Under the pieces are notes generated by a model that was not told where the DNA came from, did no database searches, and saw nothing but the letters and a program-made list of their open reading frames with translations. DNA of 63,870 nucleotides, filler included, from Octopus bimaculoides (taxonomy: Eukaryota), in the NCBI RefSeq assembly GCF_001194135.2. It is 5 parts of 5 records of this genome, joined end to end, with 100 filler letters (N's around TTAATTAATTAA, not from the genome) between each part and the next. Parts side by side here need not be neighbours in the genome. Positions count along the whole stretch, not along the records: positions 42,334 to 51,233 come from NC_069002.1; positions 51,334 to 63,870 come from NC_069003.1; 3 more parts are not named here. One strand, given 5' to 3'. This document shows, in pieces, positions 50,693 through 63,870 of this stretch. Each line of letters starts with the position of its first letter. Positions within the stretch are counted from its first letter, which is position 1. Made by a program: the position numbers and the translations under genes.

Positions 50693-51333
50693 TTGTCTTC
50701 TATTTTTGGTTTCAGTCATTGGAACACGGTCATGCTGGGGCACTGTGGTGAAAGGCTTAATTTTAAAATGCCTGGTACTTATTCTATCGATCTCTTATGC
50801 CTAACAGCTTATTTACAGGGACTTAAACAAAACAACACCAGTTATCAAGCAGGGACTAACACAAACACTTAAACATAGATTGTATATATGTATGTATATA
50901 GTATATGTATGTATGTATATATATATACGATGGGGTTCTTTCTGTTTCCTTCTACCAGATCCACTCACAAGGCTTTGGTCGGCACGATGCTATAGAAGAC
51001 ACTTGCCCATGGTTCCACATCATGGAACTGAACCCGGAACGATGTGGCTGGGAAGCAAACTTCTTTATTTCATAAATATTTGCCATAAAGGCATTACAAA
51101 GAGGGGACGAATAAGGACAGACAAACATAAAAGGGGTGAAGAAGCTGTATCGATTAAATATTTACAATTTTAAATACACAATAAAAATTATTTACAATGT
51201 TTGATTGAAGTATTGCTCAAGGATAGGTATCCGNNNNNNNNNNNNNNNNNNNNNNNNNNNNNNNNNNNNNNNNNNNNTTAATTAATTAANNNNNNNNNNN
51301 NNNNNNNNNNNNNNNNNNNNNNNNNNNNNNNNN

Positions 51334-51370
<37 letters not shown>

Positions 51371-52875
51371 AGTAATGCATGCATATGTATGTATATGTAT
51401 ATACATATACATTTATATACAATATATACATATATATTATTATCATTGCATAAAAACATACACACATACACGTACAGAGATATGTATGTATATACATATA
51501 CATACATATGTATGTATGTATATGTGTGTTTGTTTTTATGTAATAATAATAATAGTATTGGAATTTTATTTATATATAACAGAAATTTATTTAATTCACT
51601 TTATTATACTTCAATGCATATATAAGTGTGATGTTATGCGTGTGCATTTACCGTAATACGCTCAAAGAAGTGTATTTATATATATATACATACATACATA
51701 TATATATACATATATATGTATATATATATATACATATGTATGCCTACCTTCGTGTTTACACTTCGGCGTCACATTGAGCGTGAACATCTATAACAAGATT
51801 ACCTCATGTTTACTACAGCCACAATGTTAAGTCTCATNNNNNNNNNNNNNNNNNNNNNNNNNNNNNNNNNNNNNNNNNNNNNNNNNNNNNNNNNNNNNNN
51901 NNNNNNNNNNNNNNNNNNNNNNNNNNNNNNNNNNNNNNNNNNNNNNNNNNNNNNNNNNNNNNNNNNNNNNNNNNNNNNNNNNNNNNNNNNNNNNNNNNNN
52001 NNNNNNNNNNNNNNNNNNNNNNNNNNNNNNNNNNNNNNNNNNNNNNNNNNNNNNNNNNNNNNNNNNNNNNNNNNNNNNNNNNNNNNNNNNNNNNNNNNNN
52101 NNNNNNNNNNNNNNNNNNNNNNNNNNNNNNNNNNNNNNNNNNNNNNNNNNNNNNNNNNNNNNNNNNNNNNNNNNNNNNNNNNNNNNNNNNNNNNNNNNNN
52201 NNNNNNNNNNNNNNNNNNNNNNNNNNNNNNNNNNNNNNNNNNNNNNNNNNNNNNNNNNNNNNNNNNNNNNNNNNNNNNNNNNNNNNNNNNNNNNNNNNNN
52301 NNNNNNNNNNNNNNNNNNNNNNNNNNNNNNNNNNNNNNNNNNNNNNNNNNNNNNNNNNNNNNNNNNNNNNNNNNNNNNNNNNNNNNNNNNNNNNNNNNNN
52401 NNNNNNNNNNNNNNNNNNNNNNNNNNNNNNNNNNNNNNNNNNNNNNNNNNNNNNNNNNNNNNNNNNNNNNNNNNNNNNNNNNNNNNNNNNNNNNNNNNNN
52501 NNNNNNNNNNNNNNNNNNNNNNNNNNNNNNNNNNNNNNNNNNNNNNNNNNNNNNNNNNNNNNNNNNNNNNNNNNNNNNNNNNNNNNNNNNNNNNNNNNNN
52601 NNNNNNNNNNNNNNNNNNNNNNNNNNNNNNNNNNNNNNNNNNNNNNNNNNNNNNNNNNNNNNNNNNNNNNNNNNNNNNNNNNNNNNNNNNNNNNNNNNNN
52701 NNNNNNNNNNNNNNNNNNNNNNNNNNNNNNTATATATATATATATATATGTGTATATGTATATATATATATACATATGTATGCCTACCTTCGTGTTTACA
52801 CTTCGGCGTCACATTGAGCGTGAACATCTATAACAAGATTACCTCATGTTTACTACAGCCACAATGTTAAGTCTC

Positions 52876-53175
52876 ATGGCTCATTGGTTAGAGCGTCGGG
52901 CCCACAATAATGATGTAGTGAGTTCGATTTCTTGACTGTGTTGTGTGTAGTTTTCTTGAACAAGAAACATTATTTCATGATGTTCCAGTTCAATCAACTG
53001 TAGAAATGGTTTGTCTCATCACTGGTGCCAAGCTGTATCGGCCCCTTTGCCTTTCCCTTGGATAACATCGGCGTAGAAAGAGAAACCTGATATTCATGGG
53101 CGACTGACGGCCATCCATAAGCAACCTTTTCCGGACTTGTGCTTTTGTGGGTAACTTGTTAGGTCCGATGGTGGT
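52876..53175 (+). mobile_element. tRNA-derived SINE, same family as 50197-50500
   Basis: ATGGCTCATTGGTTAGAGCGTCGGGC…GAGTTCGATTTC; shared body. Confidence 0.8.
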
Positions 53176-54720
53176 CTATACCTATTTAACAATAGACACG
53201 CTAATATCAGGTGTGTATGAACATCTGAGACTTGAATCTAAGTTTTGTTTTTAAATATAAAGTGTCATTAATTAATCTGTCCCTTATTTAAGTTCATGAA
53301 CTATCTGAGAATATTTCAAGTCACTTTGCATCAACTATACACTTATAATCGTATATGTAATAGCCTTTGCCATTGTCAATGTTTCTATGTATGATACCAG
53401 TGGGAATACTTTAAGATATTTTGGGGAGAACCAAATACGGATAGAAAGAAAGTGTGTACTGATTTTTCACCGTTGCTTTCAAATATAACAACTGTCCATC
53501 CATACAAATCCGCATACGACTTGTAGTACCTTAGCTTTTTCCTTAAAAGACTACTTCGTTGAGATATCATTCAACGGGAAAAAAAACAAAAACAAATAAT
53601 TTGTTTATCTTTCTCAGCGTTTTTAAACGTTTCACATTTTCGTCAAATACTTGTTTGATGTTTTCTTTTACAAGGCCTGCAGTGGTTTTTCAAAAGATTT
53701 TCCCTCACACACAAAGGCAGGCAAGATGTCAGTAATTTCAATTCATTACGATGACAAGGCCACACATCATCCACATCACATGGGTTTCTCTGCTGCATGG
53801 CTTGGCCTAACATGGTGATAGGATTTTCAGTGATACCACTCAACCAAACTAATAATTTCACATTCATTAAATGTAAACTTCGACGTCTTTTAAAATATCT
53901 GTTTGGAATGTTTAATGATTTAACGATGTGTTCTTTGTAATCGATGCATAAAATATTATCAAATATTTGATATTCCATTTCGCAGTGCTTGCCATTACGA
54001 CATATTTTAGTGTTGTTTTTCACATATTAAAGGATTTGCATTTACGATGCGCTGATGGAAAAACAAAACAAATATATTTCGAGCTATCAAGCGAAAAACT
54101 ATAACGATTTTTACATAGTCTTTATTGTCGAAAATACGGACAAAAAACAATCCTACGCAAAAAGTTCCCCATTGTTACGTATGTTTCACCGAAGGAAAAA
54201 AGAATACAAGAATCTTTGCATCTATTCGAAATATTTGGCTAGATAAAGATATGTATTTTCATATATGTGTTAGTGTACATGCAAAGGTGCGTANNNNNNN
54301 NNNNNNNNNNNNNNNNNNNNNNNNNNNNNNNNNNNNNNNNNNNNNNNNNNNNNNNNNNNNNNNNNNNNNNNNNNNNNNNNNNNNNNNNNNNNNNNNNNNN
54401 NNNNNNNNNNNNNNNNNNNNNNNNNNNNNNNNNNNNNNNNNNNNNNNNNNNNNNNNNNNNNNNNNNNNNNNNTATATATATATATATATATCAGTTCGTA
54501 AAATCACGCATGCAGATACGTATGAATAGGTATGCTTAATTTTAGAAAATCATTGATCAATATATAATCATACTTGGGAGCAACAAGCTTGGAGAATATA
54601 TGACAATAATAACTTATGTTACAATATCGGAGTGTATATGTGTTCGAGTATATATGTATATATATATATGTGTGTGTGTATGTGTGTTTTCCGTTTTAGT
54701 ATATGTATATGTATATGTGT

Positions 54721-55125
54721 GTGTGGCAAGTAGCTTGCTTACCAACCACATGGTTCTGGATTCAGTCCCAGTGCGCGCCACCTTGGGTGACTCTCCTCTA
54801 CTATAGACTCATACCGACCAAAACCTCGTGAGTGTTTTTTTGTTTTTGGTAGACGTAAACTGAAAGAAGCCCGTCATGTATATATGTATGTGTGTGTATA
54901 TGTTTGTGTCCTTGTTCCTCCACCACCACCACCACCACCACCACCAAACATCACTGCATTACTGATACTGGTGTGTTTACGTCTCTGTAATCCAGCGGTT
55001 CGGCAAAAGAGACCGATAAAATAAGTACTACACTTACAAAGAATAATTACTCGGGTCAATTTGCTCCACAGAAGGTGGTGCTCCAGTATGGCCACAGTCA
55101 AATGACTTAAACAAATGAAAGAATA
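54721..55125 (+). mobile_element. Abundant octopus-type SINE
   Basis: Same head, body and tail as 14543-14990 and 33045-33466. Confidence 0.8.
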
Positions 55126-56275
55126 AGAGAGTAAGTTTCTTTCTGTGGAAGACCGTAGGCTCGGAGAGTTAAAGAAATTTTCACTTCCCGAGCGTTAAAC
55201 TAATACATCTGTTTGTTGTCTACACCACCTGTATTCGTTTTTGCTATGTTTTTTTTATAATCTCCCNNNNNNNNNNNNNNNNNNNNNNNNNNNNNNNNNN
55301 NNNNNNNNNNNNNNNNNNNNNNNNNNNNNNNNNNNNNNNNNNNNNNNNNNNNNNNNNNNNNNNNNNNNNNNNNNNNNNNNNNNNNNNNNNNNNNNNNNNN
55401 NNNNNNNNNNNNNNNNNNNNNNNNNNNNNNNNNNNNNNNNNNNNNNNNNNNNNNNNNNNNNNNNNNNNNNNNNNNNNNNNNNNNNNNNNNNNNNNNNNNN
55501 NNNNTATATATATATGTATAGTTTCCGTCATTGCTAAATTCACAGCCGCTGCCCCCGCATGTCCGTAGTTTAACGACAGAAGCAAGTAAGAAAATAGAAT
55601 CGATATATAACATATTTATAAACTCCAAATTAGACGCCTCAGTAATAGCATCTTTACCTAGTCATTCGACATGCACAACATAACAGGCAAGTATTCTCAC
55701 AAAACACACAAGACTGTCTTAAAAATGGGTGACATATCAGTTTATTTTGTTTTGTATACACAATGCCTGGGAAACAAATTACGTGATGGATCGATCTGGA
55801 ATGTCTTTAATCACAAATATTGACATTCACAGTTAACCAGGAGCTAAATAATATAAGTCGAGGGAAGAACGATTCCTTTCCTTAAGATAAAATCACTCTT
55901 TTCTCTACATTTCAGGCATAAAATATATTAAAATGAGAATATCGCTGGCTGTTTCTTTCGATTAGGTTTTGTAGAATCAGAGTAGACATTACGCTGTAAA
56001 GTAAAAGGTCAAACGTCTATTTTCCTCATTTTCTGTGACAACACAGCATTGATCTCTATTGTAACCTCTGGGTATTTTTCTTCTTTTAGCTGATTGGATT
56101 TTCAACAGCGGCTTTTGTGTCAATCGGGCAACGTGGACGCTTAGGTTTTCTTCCACGCACGTATCCTTATGTAACATATAGATTCACATAGATATTAACA
56201 CCGCTCCTGAGAGAGGAACAGACAATTACAAATGCAGATACACACACGCATATATACTAAGTGTGCGCGTATATG

Positions 56276-56339
<64 letters not shown>

Positions 56340-56474
56340 CAGAGAGAAAGAAAGAAAGATAGAGATAGTGAGAGAGATATAGAGAAGGAGAGAGAGGCAG
56401 ATAGATAGAGACAGACAGACAGATATATATATATATATATATATTATTATATATATATATAGGTAGGTAGATAG

Positions 56475-56506
<32 letters not shown>

Positions 56507-57420
56507 ATAATCACAATGCCTACATACATACATACATACATACATACATACATACATACATACATACATACACACTTATATACATGTGTCTTTCTCACAT
56601 ACCTACGCACCCACTTCACTGGAAATATCTTATCCTTTACAGAACTTTTATTCCCGCACAAATTCTTGCGCTACATATATTCATTCTCTCTTTAATTTCA
56701 TTCTCTTCTTCTTCCCAAGTATCTTTTCTAATCACTTTGCTCTCTTCTTCCTATTCAGAATCGTTTTCATTTCCTTCNNNNNNNNNNNNNNNNNNNNNNN
56801 NNNNNNNNNNNNNNNNNNNNNNNNNNNNNNNNNNNNNNNNNNNNNNNNNNNNNNNNNNNNNNNNNNNNNNNNNNNNNNNNNNNNNNNNNNNNNNNNNNNN
56901 NNNNNNNNNNNNNNNNNNNNNNNNNNNNNNNNNNNNNNNNNNNNNNNNNNNNNNNNNNNNNNNNNNNNNNNNNNNNNNNNNNNNNNNNNNNNNNNNNNNN
57001 NNNNNNNNNNNNNNNNNNNNNNNNNNNNNNNNNNNNNNNNNNNNNNNNNNNNNNNNNNNNNNNNNNNNNNNNNNNNNNNNNNNNNNNNNNNNNNNNNNNN
57101 NNNNNNNNNNNNNNNNNNNNNNNNNNNNNNNNNNNNNNNNNNNNNNNNNNNNNNNNNNNNNNNNNNNNNNNNNNNNNNNNNNNNNNNNNNNNNNNNNNNN
57201 NNNNNNNNNNNNNNNNNNNNNNNNNNNNNNNNNNNNNNNNNNNNNNNNNNNNNNNNNNNNNNNNNNNNNNNNNNNNNNNNNNNNNNNNNNNNNNNNNNNN
57301 NNNNNNNNNNNNNNNNNNNNNNNNNNNNNNNNNNNNNNNNNNNNNNNNNNNNNNNNNNNNNNNNNNNNNNNNNNNNNNNNNNNNNNNNNNNNNNNNNNNN
57401 NNATATATATATATATATAT

Positions 57421-57467
<47 letters not shown>

Positions 57468-57669
57468 AAATGGAGGAAAGGAGATAGCGGAGGTTTATAT
57501 ATACTTATACATATATGCATTCACGTAGATCAGCATTACTAATGCTTTCAAAAATAGCAAATAATGTGCAATCGTTTGGTTACCAACTATCGTCTTCAAA
57601 TGGTCTACAAAAACTTTCTCTTATTCAGATCTCACTCAAAATATTTAGTCATTAGTTAAAATATGTGTA

Positions 57670-57704
<35 letters not shown>

Positions 57705-57919
57705 AGGTCTGTGTTTCTTCCTCACTACTGCTTCATCAGTACACTGTGACCTGAAACAGTGTACTTATATCTATTAGTCTACAGAAATTCTCTCAATGAA
57801 AAAATACAGTGAACAGATTCTTACCGGTTCGAACATGCCTCAAACATATTTTGACTAGTAAGAAAGTATTTATATTCATCACATCTTAGCGTCCTCACTC
57901 CNNNNNNNNNNTATACATA

Positions 57920-57950
<31 letters not shown>

Positions 57951-58105
57951 GTAAAATAATAAATACAAGTATATATATATATGAGTGTGTTTATATACTT
58001 ACATACATATTCATATACACACAGACAAAAAGGAATCTTACACATATATGTATATGTGTATTCTTATAAGTGTGTTTTCATGTGTGTGTATGTGTGTGTG
58101 TGTGC

Positions 58106-58137
<32 letters not shown>

Positions 58138-58772
58138 TGTATGTGTGTGTTTGTGTGTAACTGAGCGAAAGTGTATTCACGTGAGTGTAAATGTTTCAAA
58201 AATTTAGAAACGTGTCCATTGAACTCGAAAATGTTCGCCATAACACCATCAAAATATACGGCTAGATTTTATCATTAAATTTATATCGAGAAGAGTGGCG
58301 ATTCTCATAAATACGTAAATAGTCGGAGAGTTAAAACATTTGGCATGAAAACATTCCAAGAATTCCACTTAAAACAAACGCAGACCTACCATTATGTCAG
58401 TCAGTTAGAAGATTTTTCGACAACAAAATATATTACCTTGAAAGCATCCAAAACTGGTGTTTCAGAATGTGATATAAAAAAATATATACGTATATATATA
58501 TTTATATAGTACTCTGTGTATCTATATATGTGTGTGTGCGTACTTTGGTGCATAGGTACGCGTATAGGGATACATAAACCAATGCGAATGCGCTTATTCA
58601 AGTGTGTGTGTGTCTCAGTCTATGTGTGATAGTCTTCTTTTTGTAAGATAGGTACAATGTAGGTTTGAGATGATTATGTGTTTAACAACACTCTTTCCAT
58701 GATTATGTTTACACACAAGCACACACAGACATATTTATGCATACATGTATATATGCATATATACATACATAC

Positions 58773-58809
<37 letters not shown>

Positions 58810-58916
58810 NNNNNNNNNNNNNNNNNNNNNNNNNNNNNNNNNNNNNNNNNNNNNNNNNNNNNNNNNNNNNNNNNNNNNNNNNNNNNNNNNNNNNTAAATA
58901 TATATATATATGTATG

Positions 58917-58950
<34 letters not shown>

Positions 58951-59142
58951 AAAGTAAATATATATATATATGTATGTATATATATATATATATGTATATA
59001 TTGTATGAATATATATATGTTGTATGAGTGTGTGCAAATATACATATATATATACATACACGCACAAAATATTGCTGTTTAACTTTTTCAGCGTCTCTGT
59101 GTTTCTGTTTGTGTGTGTGTTTATGTGTGTGTGTGTGTTTGT

Positions 59143-59173
<31 letters not shown>

Positions 59174-60223
59174 AATGTGTGTGTTGGTATGTCTGAGTGT
59201 CTTTATGCGTGTGTGTGTCTATAAACATTAAAGCAATGAAGTGAGAAGGAAAGATTGAATCAGTGAGGAGAACCAGTAAGAGAAATGTTTAAGAAAAAAA
59301 CAATTTCAAGAAATCTCTCTAAATCATGAAAGGTGAAAGAATATTTCCTTACAATCGGAGAAATAGAGAAAAATTCTGTAAAATGAAATAAAAAAAGTAA
59401 CATAAAATGGAAAATCTGTGCAAAGATAAATTTGGCAGAAAGAAAGAATTGCTATAACAGTTATTTTCAAATAATGTTTTGGAATAGAAAAATAACTAAA
59501 AAAAAGTTCTAGCTATTCTTCAGTTTACATCTATATAAATAATATTTATAATGTATATCACAGTTCTTTGATAGAGTAGAATATACGGTGGAAACACAAG
59601 TTTTATTATTTACTGCAGTTCGCGTTCGAAAATATTGAGCCCATCCCCACCAAAAAAATCAAGATAAAAAATATATATATAATTTTTCCGCATTTCTCCC
59701 CGCGACAGGAAACGAAGGACTGATTTCAGATTTATTTAGGCCATTTAATCAGATAACACAAATCTAGCGGCCCTTCGACAGAGAATTTGCAAAAACAGTC
59801 ATTGAGATGAATGTATTCTTTAACCCGCAAAGCCCGTCTAGCATAAATAAGGTTCTGCCTGCATCTTAGGCAGTTTTTCTCCCTAATACAGGAAAACTGT
59901 TCTCCTTAATTCTGCTCTCACATTGTACAAGATCCACGTCTTCCTTTCTGTGAGGAGATAATGCTATAAGAAATATCTTTATCTATGCCGGATGAGTTGC
60001 ATAACACATAACACGATTAACCACATCTATATTTAATATGAGATCATCATTAAATCTCTATATGGTTCTCTATAATCAAGACATCATTGATAAGAATGGA
60101 GAACGATACATCTTCCAACCGTGTTTATTACAAATATAATTATACAAGTATGCATAATTTTCCATTCCTATTTATGATGTATGGAATAATTGCTATGAAA
60201 CTTTGTGTAGAATATATTATATA

Positions 60224-61163
60224 AATGATCGTGGGTAAGGCCAAAACAATGCGAAGTAAATGCAAGGTAACTCACAAGAAAACAAATATATGAATTAATT
60301 TAAACTTATCTTGTATTCAATATTTCGGGGTTATGACCCCATTTTCAAGAAAATAAACGAATGTTGCCGATGTGCAAGTGTGTGAGCGCGTATGGAGTGG
60401 ACATGCGCGGAAAGGTGTTGCTATACCAACCAGCTAGCTTCCTGTAACTCAATTTTGTTGTTGATCTTAGGTCTCTTTTGGTGTATGAGGATGGCCTCAG
60501 AGATTCAAATATTGCCCCTTTACGGCTGTATTGCCCTTGATGTGCACTGTGAATTCCCGCGTCTGGAATTTCCGTAGATATTTCTTCACGTATGTGTCTG
60601 CCCGCATGTGTTCCTTAATGCGTATATATGCAGTTGTCTTGTCGTGCTTCCGATGTAGTATGCACCACATTTGCCACAGATGGTCTCAAATAGAACATAG
60701 GGCCTTTGGTGCAATTCAGGGTCATTGATGGGGCTTTTCAACAATGTGCACTCCTTGGAGTAGTGGAAGGTGTTGTTCTTGGACAGAGCTTTTCTCAGAG
60801 AAGGGCCGGTATGCACTATCTGTATGTCGAGTCCTTCCCTGCGGACTGCGTGTTGTAGCCATGCAGTAGTTCTGTCGAGAAAGTGTTGTAGCTTTAGGAA
60901 GCACGTGCCGGACTTGGGAGCATGATAGTTCTTCCGGGATTTATTGACCTTGATGTTCTTTAGGGGACGTTGTTTAATTAAAGGTGGTGGTTAGCAATTC
61001 AGGGTAGGTCTCTGAGGAACTGCATGGTTTATTTTCTTGAAAATGGGGTCATAACCCCGAAATATTGAATACAAGGTAAGTCTACATTAGTTCATATACT
61101 TTCTTTTCTTGCAATTTACCTTACATTTACTTCGCATTGTTTTGGTCTTACTCACAATCCATT
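60224..61163 (-). mobile_element. 5'-truncated Penelope-like element: GIY-YIG endonuclease remnant between ~135-bp inverted pLTR copies
   Basis: The minus strand gives …YVLFETICGKCGAYYIGSTTRQLHI(frameshift)RIKEH…(frameshift)ISEAILIHQKRPKINNKIE, the Penelope GIY-YIG pattern. 60224-60358 is the reverse complement of 61027-61163. Confidence 0.85.
61030..61075 (+). ncRNA. Minimal hammerhead-like motif, U3-A8 variant (second copy on the minus strand at ~60310-60355)
   Basis: UUGAAAA (61037-43), extra U, stem II GGGG/CCCC with loop UCAUAA, GAAA (61059-62), loopless palindromic stem III AUAU, triplet AUU. Stem I is only about 3 bp (UUC/GAA). Confidence 0.45.
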
Positions 61164-61202
61164 ATACAATATATATATATATATAAATATATATATATAT
61201 AG

Positions 61203-61263
<61 letters not shown>

Positions 61264-61268
61264 TGCAG

Positions 61269-61318
<50 letters not shown>

Positions 61319-61893
61319 AGAGAGAGAGATAGATACACACATATGCATACATATACATACATACTTACATACATAGATATAGGTACGTATATGTGCTTGT
61401 ACTGATATAAATATTATAGCATATACATGTATCCATATATGTGTGATTGTGTGTTCACTTCTAGTGTATAACTGCATAATTCACGATGTGCTGTTGGATA
61501 ACTATTTTATTTTACTGGTCGTATGTGTTCTTTTTATAGTCATTGTGTCGTATCTTATTTCGTACATTGTGTAACATACTTCGAATGAAACGCTTTAGTA
61601 TTCTTTTATTCTATAAACATAATGCGATATATAAATTATATCATTTTAATATTCACAGCACACTGCAATGACTTTATGTAATGGGTAGCGGAATAGAAGA
61701 TGTCTTTTAGTGACATAAGTGCTGCAGATGCAAATTGCACTTTGCTATGGAACTGACACAATGGAAACGGGAGAATATACATCCACACCTACACATAAAC
61801 ATAGATAATGGATATATAGATAGAGAGAAACAGATACTCAGACAGGCATATAGCAAGATAGATGAATAGATAGATAAATATATAGACAGATAG

Positions 61894-61924
<31 letters not shown>

Positions 61925-63229
61925 GATACTATATTATATTATACATTAATATACATGGAGTTTTGTATATATGTATATATATATATATATATANNNNNNN
62001 NNNNNNNNNNNNNNNNNNNNNNNNNNNNNNNNNNNNNNNNNNNNNNNNNNNNNNNNNNNNNNNNNNNNNNNNNNNNNNNNNNNNNNNNNNNNNNNNNNNN
62101 NNNNNNNNNNNNNNNNNNNNNNNNNNNNNNNNNNNNNNNNNNNNNNNNNNNNNNNNNNNNNNNNNNNNNNNNNNNNNNNNNNNNNNNNNNNNNNNTATAT
62201 ATATATATATATATATATATTTCAGATATATTTATTTATATACATCTTTTGTACAAAAGTACTTAAATCTCCTTGCATTTCGTAACCCCATCCTTTCATA
62301 GTTTATGTCTCATTGTTATTTCTGCGCATTTATTACTTAATCATCAGAGGAAAACATTAAATAATCAGTTGAGATTACTTTACTGATCTTGTACGGAAAT
62401 TTGCATCAATAGCGAAATGAGAGTAAACACCCTCTTGATAATTGACAGGCCAATTTTAACTCTAAAACTCGTCGTTCCCATTCATTTTTAGTGGGGGATA
62501 AGGTTTTCTACACATCGAGGCTTTAGTCATGCTGGGCTTGAAATCGTTCAGTTGCTCAATGCTACGATAGCCGTTTCTATAGATATGAGCAAAATTGGTT
62601 CAATTCCGAAATTAAGTTACTCTGATTGATATTATCGACAGGAATTCCATCATCAAATATATTGTCAGTTGAAGCCATAATGCTTTACTTCGTGTCTTCC
62701 AACAACAAGACTGTACACTGCTTTCGAAGACTTCCGTTTGAATTTCTTTTAGTCTGGTCAGTCGTATCAAACATTCCTGCTTCGTTTGAAACCTACCTGG
62801 AGTAAAATTCTAAGCGGTAGAACACTTTGAGTTCTATGAACCTAGGCAAGCAAATCCGGTTCATCCTTTGTATGAAGGTGACTGACATTATCAGGAAAAT
62901 CGGGGGTAGATATCCTTCTCTTTACTTTGGAAATTTATGCGTTACTGCGTTACATTAAACTCACGTCACACATCTGGAATATTGGGGAAAACTCACAAAA
63001 GTCTACATTTAAGTGAATTATTACCTTTCCAGGCAATGCTACATGAATGGGTCTACAGTTTCACATTAACATTTTATAAAACTGGGATAAACTTTATATA
63101 ATAACAACTGTAGATGTTATAATAGACGTATAAATGGGGACACACCAGCACACACACACACATTACACACGCATGCATACTAGATAAGTCTGATAGGTCG
63201 CTGGTTTTAATTTATGCAAAATGTTTTAA

Positions 63230-63294
<65 letters not shown>

Positions 63295-63870
63295 TGATAT
63301 AAAAATAATTATCTTCTCTATACACATAAACACCCACACACAAAACATGAACACACGTATATGTGTATATAGAAAACACAGACAAATACACAATCACACA
63401 ATTCATTTGGTATGTGAACAAGTGTATGTGTATAGATGCCTATTACACAAGACGTACACAACTCTGAGTTTACTCCATCTCCGAAATTCACATGTAACTC
63501 AACAAGGAATAAACATTTGTAATCAATGAAATCTAATCTTGATGTAAATGGCGTCGTGTTTGCTTTGATATTTTACCGAAATTAAAACATTGTATAAATG
63601 TCGTGTTGGCATTAATGTGAAGCCAATACTCGCTGTCCTTTGATGTAGCGGTGCTGCACCAGCATCAAATGTATCGATACCGCTCCATCTCGTGCACAAG
63701 AACATTCACAGACCGTTATCATAAACTCTAATTCAAACCAAATCATCTGATAATGAAATCCAGTTTCCCTTTATCATTATCTCCCTCTATTTTACTCTCA
63801 TTCATGCTTTCGATGTGCGTATGTAGATATATATATACATATACATACATATATATATATATATAAGATC

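Larger units (their letters stand above)
1..63870. repeat. Pervasive microsatellites: (TA)n, (CA/TG)n, (GA/TC)n, (TCTA)n, (TATG)n, (AAT)n, (GGT)n, (GTA)n; most N gaps abut them
   Basis: Directly visible throughout, e.g. (TCTA)n 247-340 and 7320-7400, (AAT)n 25757-25885 and 42548-42650. Confidence 0.95.

Noticed and set aside
51700-52877. Identical ~130-bp sequence on both sides of the 51838-52730 gap
   Set aside because: Most simply an unmerged contig overlap or collapsed repeat; cannot be called a biological duplication without long reads.
53643-54023. 126-aa minus ORF, and AGGCAAGATGTC resembling the miR-31 5' end near 53719
   Set aside because: An ORF of this length is expected by chance once or twice in a window this size and shows no motif; the miR-31-like stretch has no complementary star arm.
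57715-57765. 10-bp hairpin AGTACACTGT/ACAGTGTACT, and a minus-strand CUGAUGA…GAAAC
   Set aside because: No stem II or stem III pairing in hammerhead register. Other CTGATGA hits (near 506, 20214, 32178, 37395, 62341) likewise lack the fold.

Overview
Repeat-dominated, gap-rich (about 7.5 kb of N) eukaryotic scaffold. The SINE families, Dong/R4, RTE, Tx1-like and Penelope-like retroelements and the very dense microsatellites point to an octopus genome (inference). No complete protein-coding gene is visible. Most ORFs in the supplied track are microsatellite or N-run artefacts, or retroelement remnants. One well-delimited orphan coding exon is likely at 49631-49794 (+). The main unannotated signal is a set of hammerhead ribozyme (HHR) motifs in four unrelated repeat families. 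(1) A ~358-bp retrozyme-like unit in inverted-plus-tandem arrangement at 16854-17594, with one copy keeping a complete type I core. (2) A solitary type I HHR at 47724-47768 with one core substitution. (3) A U3-A8 variant minimal HHR in the inverted terminal repeats of a Penelope GIY-YIG remnant at 60224-61163. (4) A CUGAAGA...GAAACGU HHR-like family at 34.7-35.8, 38.3 and 55.1 kb. Other points: (AAT)n tracts act as landing pads for several retroelement lineages, a 48-bp satellite shows higher-order structure, and an older inverted duplication was interrupted by the ribozyme element. All folds and alignments were done by eye; no database search was run.
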